Shown: one piece after another, positions 63,316-64,000 of the stretch | Layout: each line of letters starts with the position of its first letter | How positions within the stretch are numbered: the stretch's first letter is position 1 | Assembly (NCBI RefSeq): GCF_035084215.1 | Contig: NC_090340.1 | Span: 14,632,001 to 14,696,000 of the forward strand | Reading direction: 5' to 3' | Origin: Heptranchias perlo | Lineage: Eukaryota | Length of the DNA: 64,000 nucleotides | Position numbers and translations under genes: made by a program | Notes under the pieces: model-generated | Seen by the model: only the letters and a program-made list of their open reading frames with translations | What the model was told of the DNA's origin: nothing | Databases searched by the model: none

Positions 63316-64000
63316 AGACCATAAGGCCACAAGAGATTGGAGCAGGAGTAGGCCATTCGGTTCCTCAAGCCTGCTCCGCCATTTAATGATATCATGGCTG
63401 ATCTGATTTTTACCTCAACTCCACTTTCCCGCCCTTTCCCCATATCCTTCGACTGCCTTGCTAATCAAAAATTTGTCTAACTCAGCATTGAATACATTCA
63501 ATGACTCAGCCTCCACAACTTTTTGGGGTAAAGAATTTCAAAAATTCACGATCCTCTGGGAGAAGAAATTCCCCCTCATTTCCGTCTTAAACAGGCGACT
63601 CCTTATTCTGAGACTATTCCCCCTAGTTTTAGATTCCCCCAAGAGGGGTAACATCCTTTCAGTATCTACCTATCGAGTCCCCTCAGAATCTTATATGTTT
63701 CAATAAGATCTCCTCTCATTCTTCTAAACTCCAAAGAGTACAGACCCAGCCTGTTCAATCTTTCCTCATCAGACAACCCTTCCATACCCAGAATCAACCT
63801 AGTGTACCTTCTCTGAATTGCCTCCAATGCAAGTATGTCCTTCCTAAAATAAGGGCACCAGGACTGTATGCAGTACTGCAGGTATGGTCTCACCAGCACC
63901 CTGTATAGTTGTAGCATGACATCCCTGCTTTTATGCTCCATCCCCCTAGAAATAAAGACCAATATTCCGTTTGCCTTCCAGATAACCTGCTGTACCTGTA
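63316..64000 (-). mobile_element. CR1 3' fragment running off the window
   Basis: ORF 63666-63962 LEFRRMRGDL. Confidence 0.8.

Noticed and set aside
1-64000. CRISPR arrays, rRNA, true tRNA genes or prokaryotic systems
   Set aside because: None seen. The tRNA-like boxes belong to SINEs and the RTs are eukaryotic retrotransposons.

Overview
This is vertebrate genomic DNA, most likely from a cartilaginous fish (shark), judging by a DeuSINE/SacSINE1-like SINE, dense CR1/L2 LINEs and a Penelope-like element. It contains a tandemly duplicated cluster of non-rearranging Ig-superfamily receptor genes that the ORF track splits into pieces. I reconstructed two 7-exon + strand genes by hand from splice sites and phases: gene A at 20588-28310 and gene B at 52141-56815. 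Both have the layout leader / V domain with a germline-joined J-like strand / C1-set domain / uncharged TM / three cytoplasmic exons. Gene B's tail carries two ITIM + TxYxx pairs resembling SIRP-alpha, while gene A has lost the distal pair through a 1-nt deletion. On the - strand (4693-6309) is a related, decayed C1 exon followed by an intact TM exon with an intramembrane Arg, the signature of an activating partner. Together these look like a paired inhibitory/activating V-C1 receptor system evolving by birth and death, with further leader-V and C1 pseudo-exons. The rest is repeats: a young 5'-truncated Penelope element with an inverted pseudo-LTR, 12-bp TSD and minimal hammerhead ribozymes; many CR1 and L2 fragments; a younger poly(A)-tailed LINE family; Harbinger-like elements and MITEs; and a decayed retrovirus-like pol remnant. 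All homology calls come from motif recognition, not database searches, and repeat boundaries are approximate.
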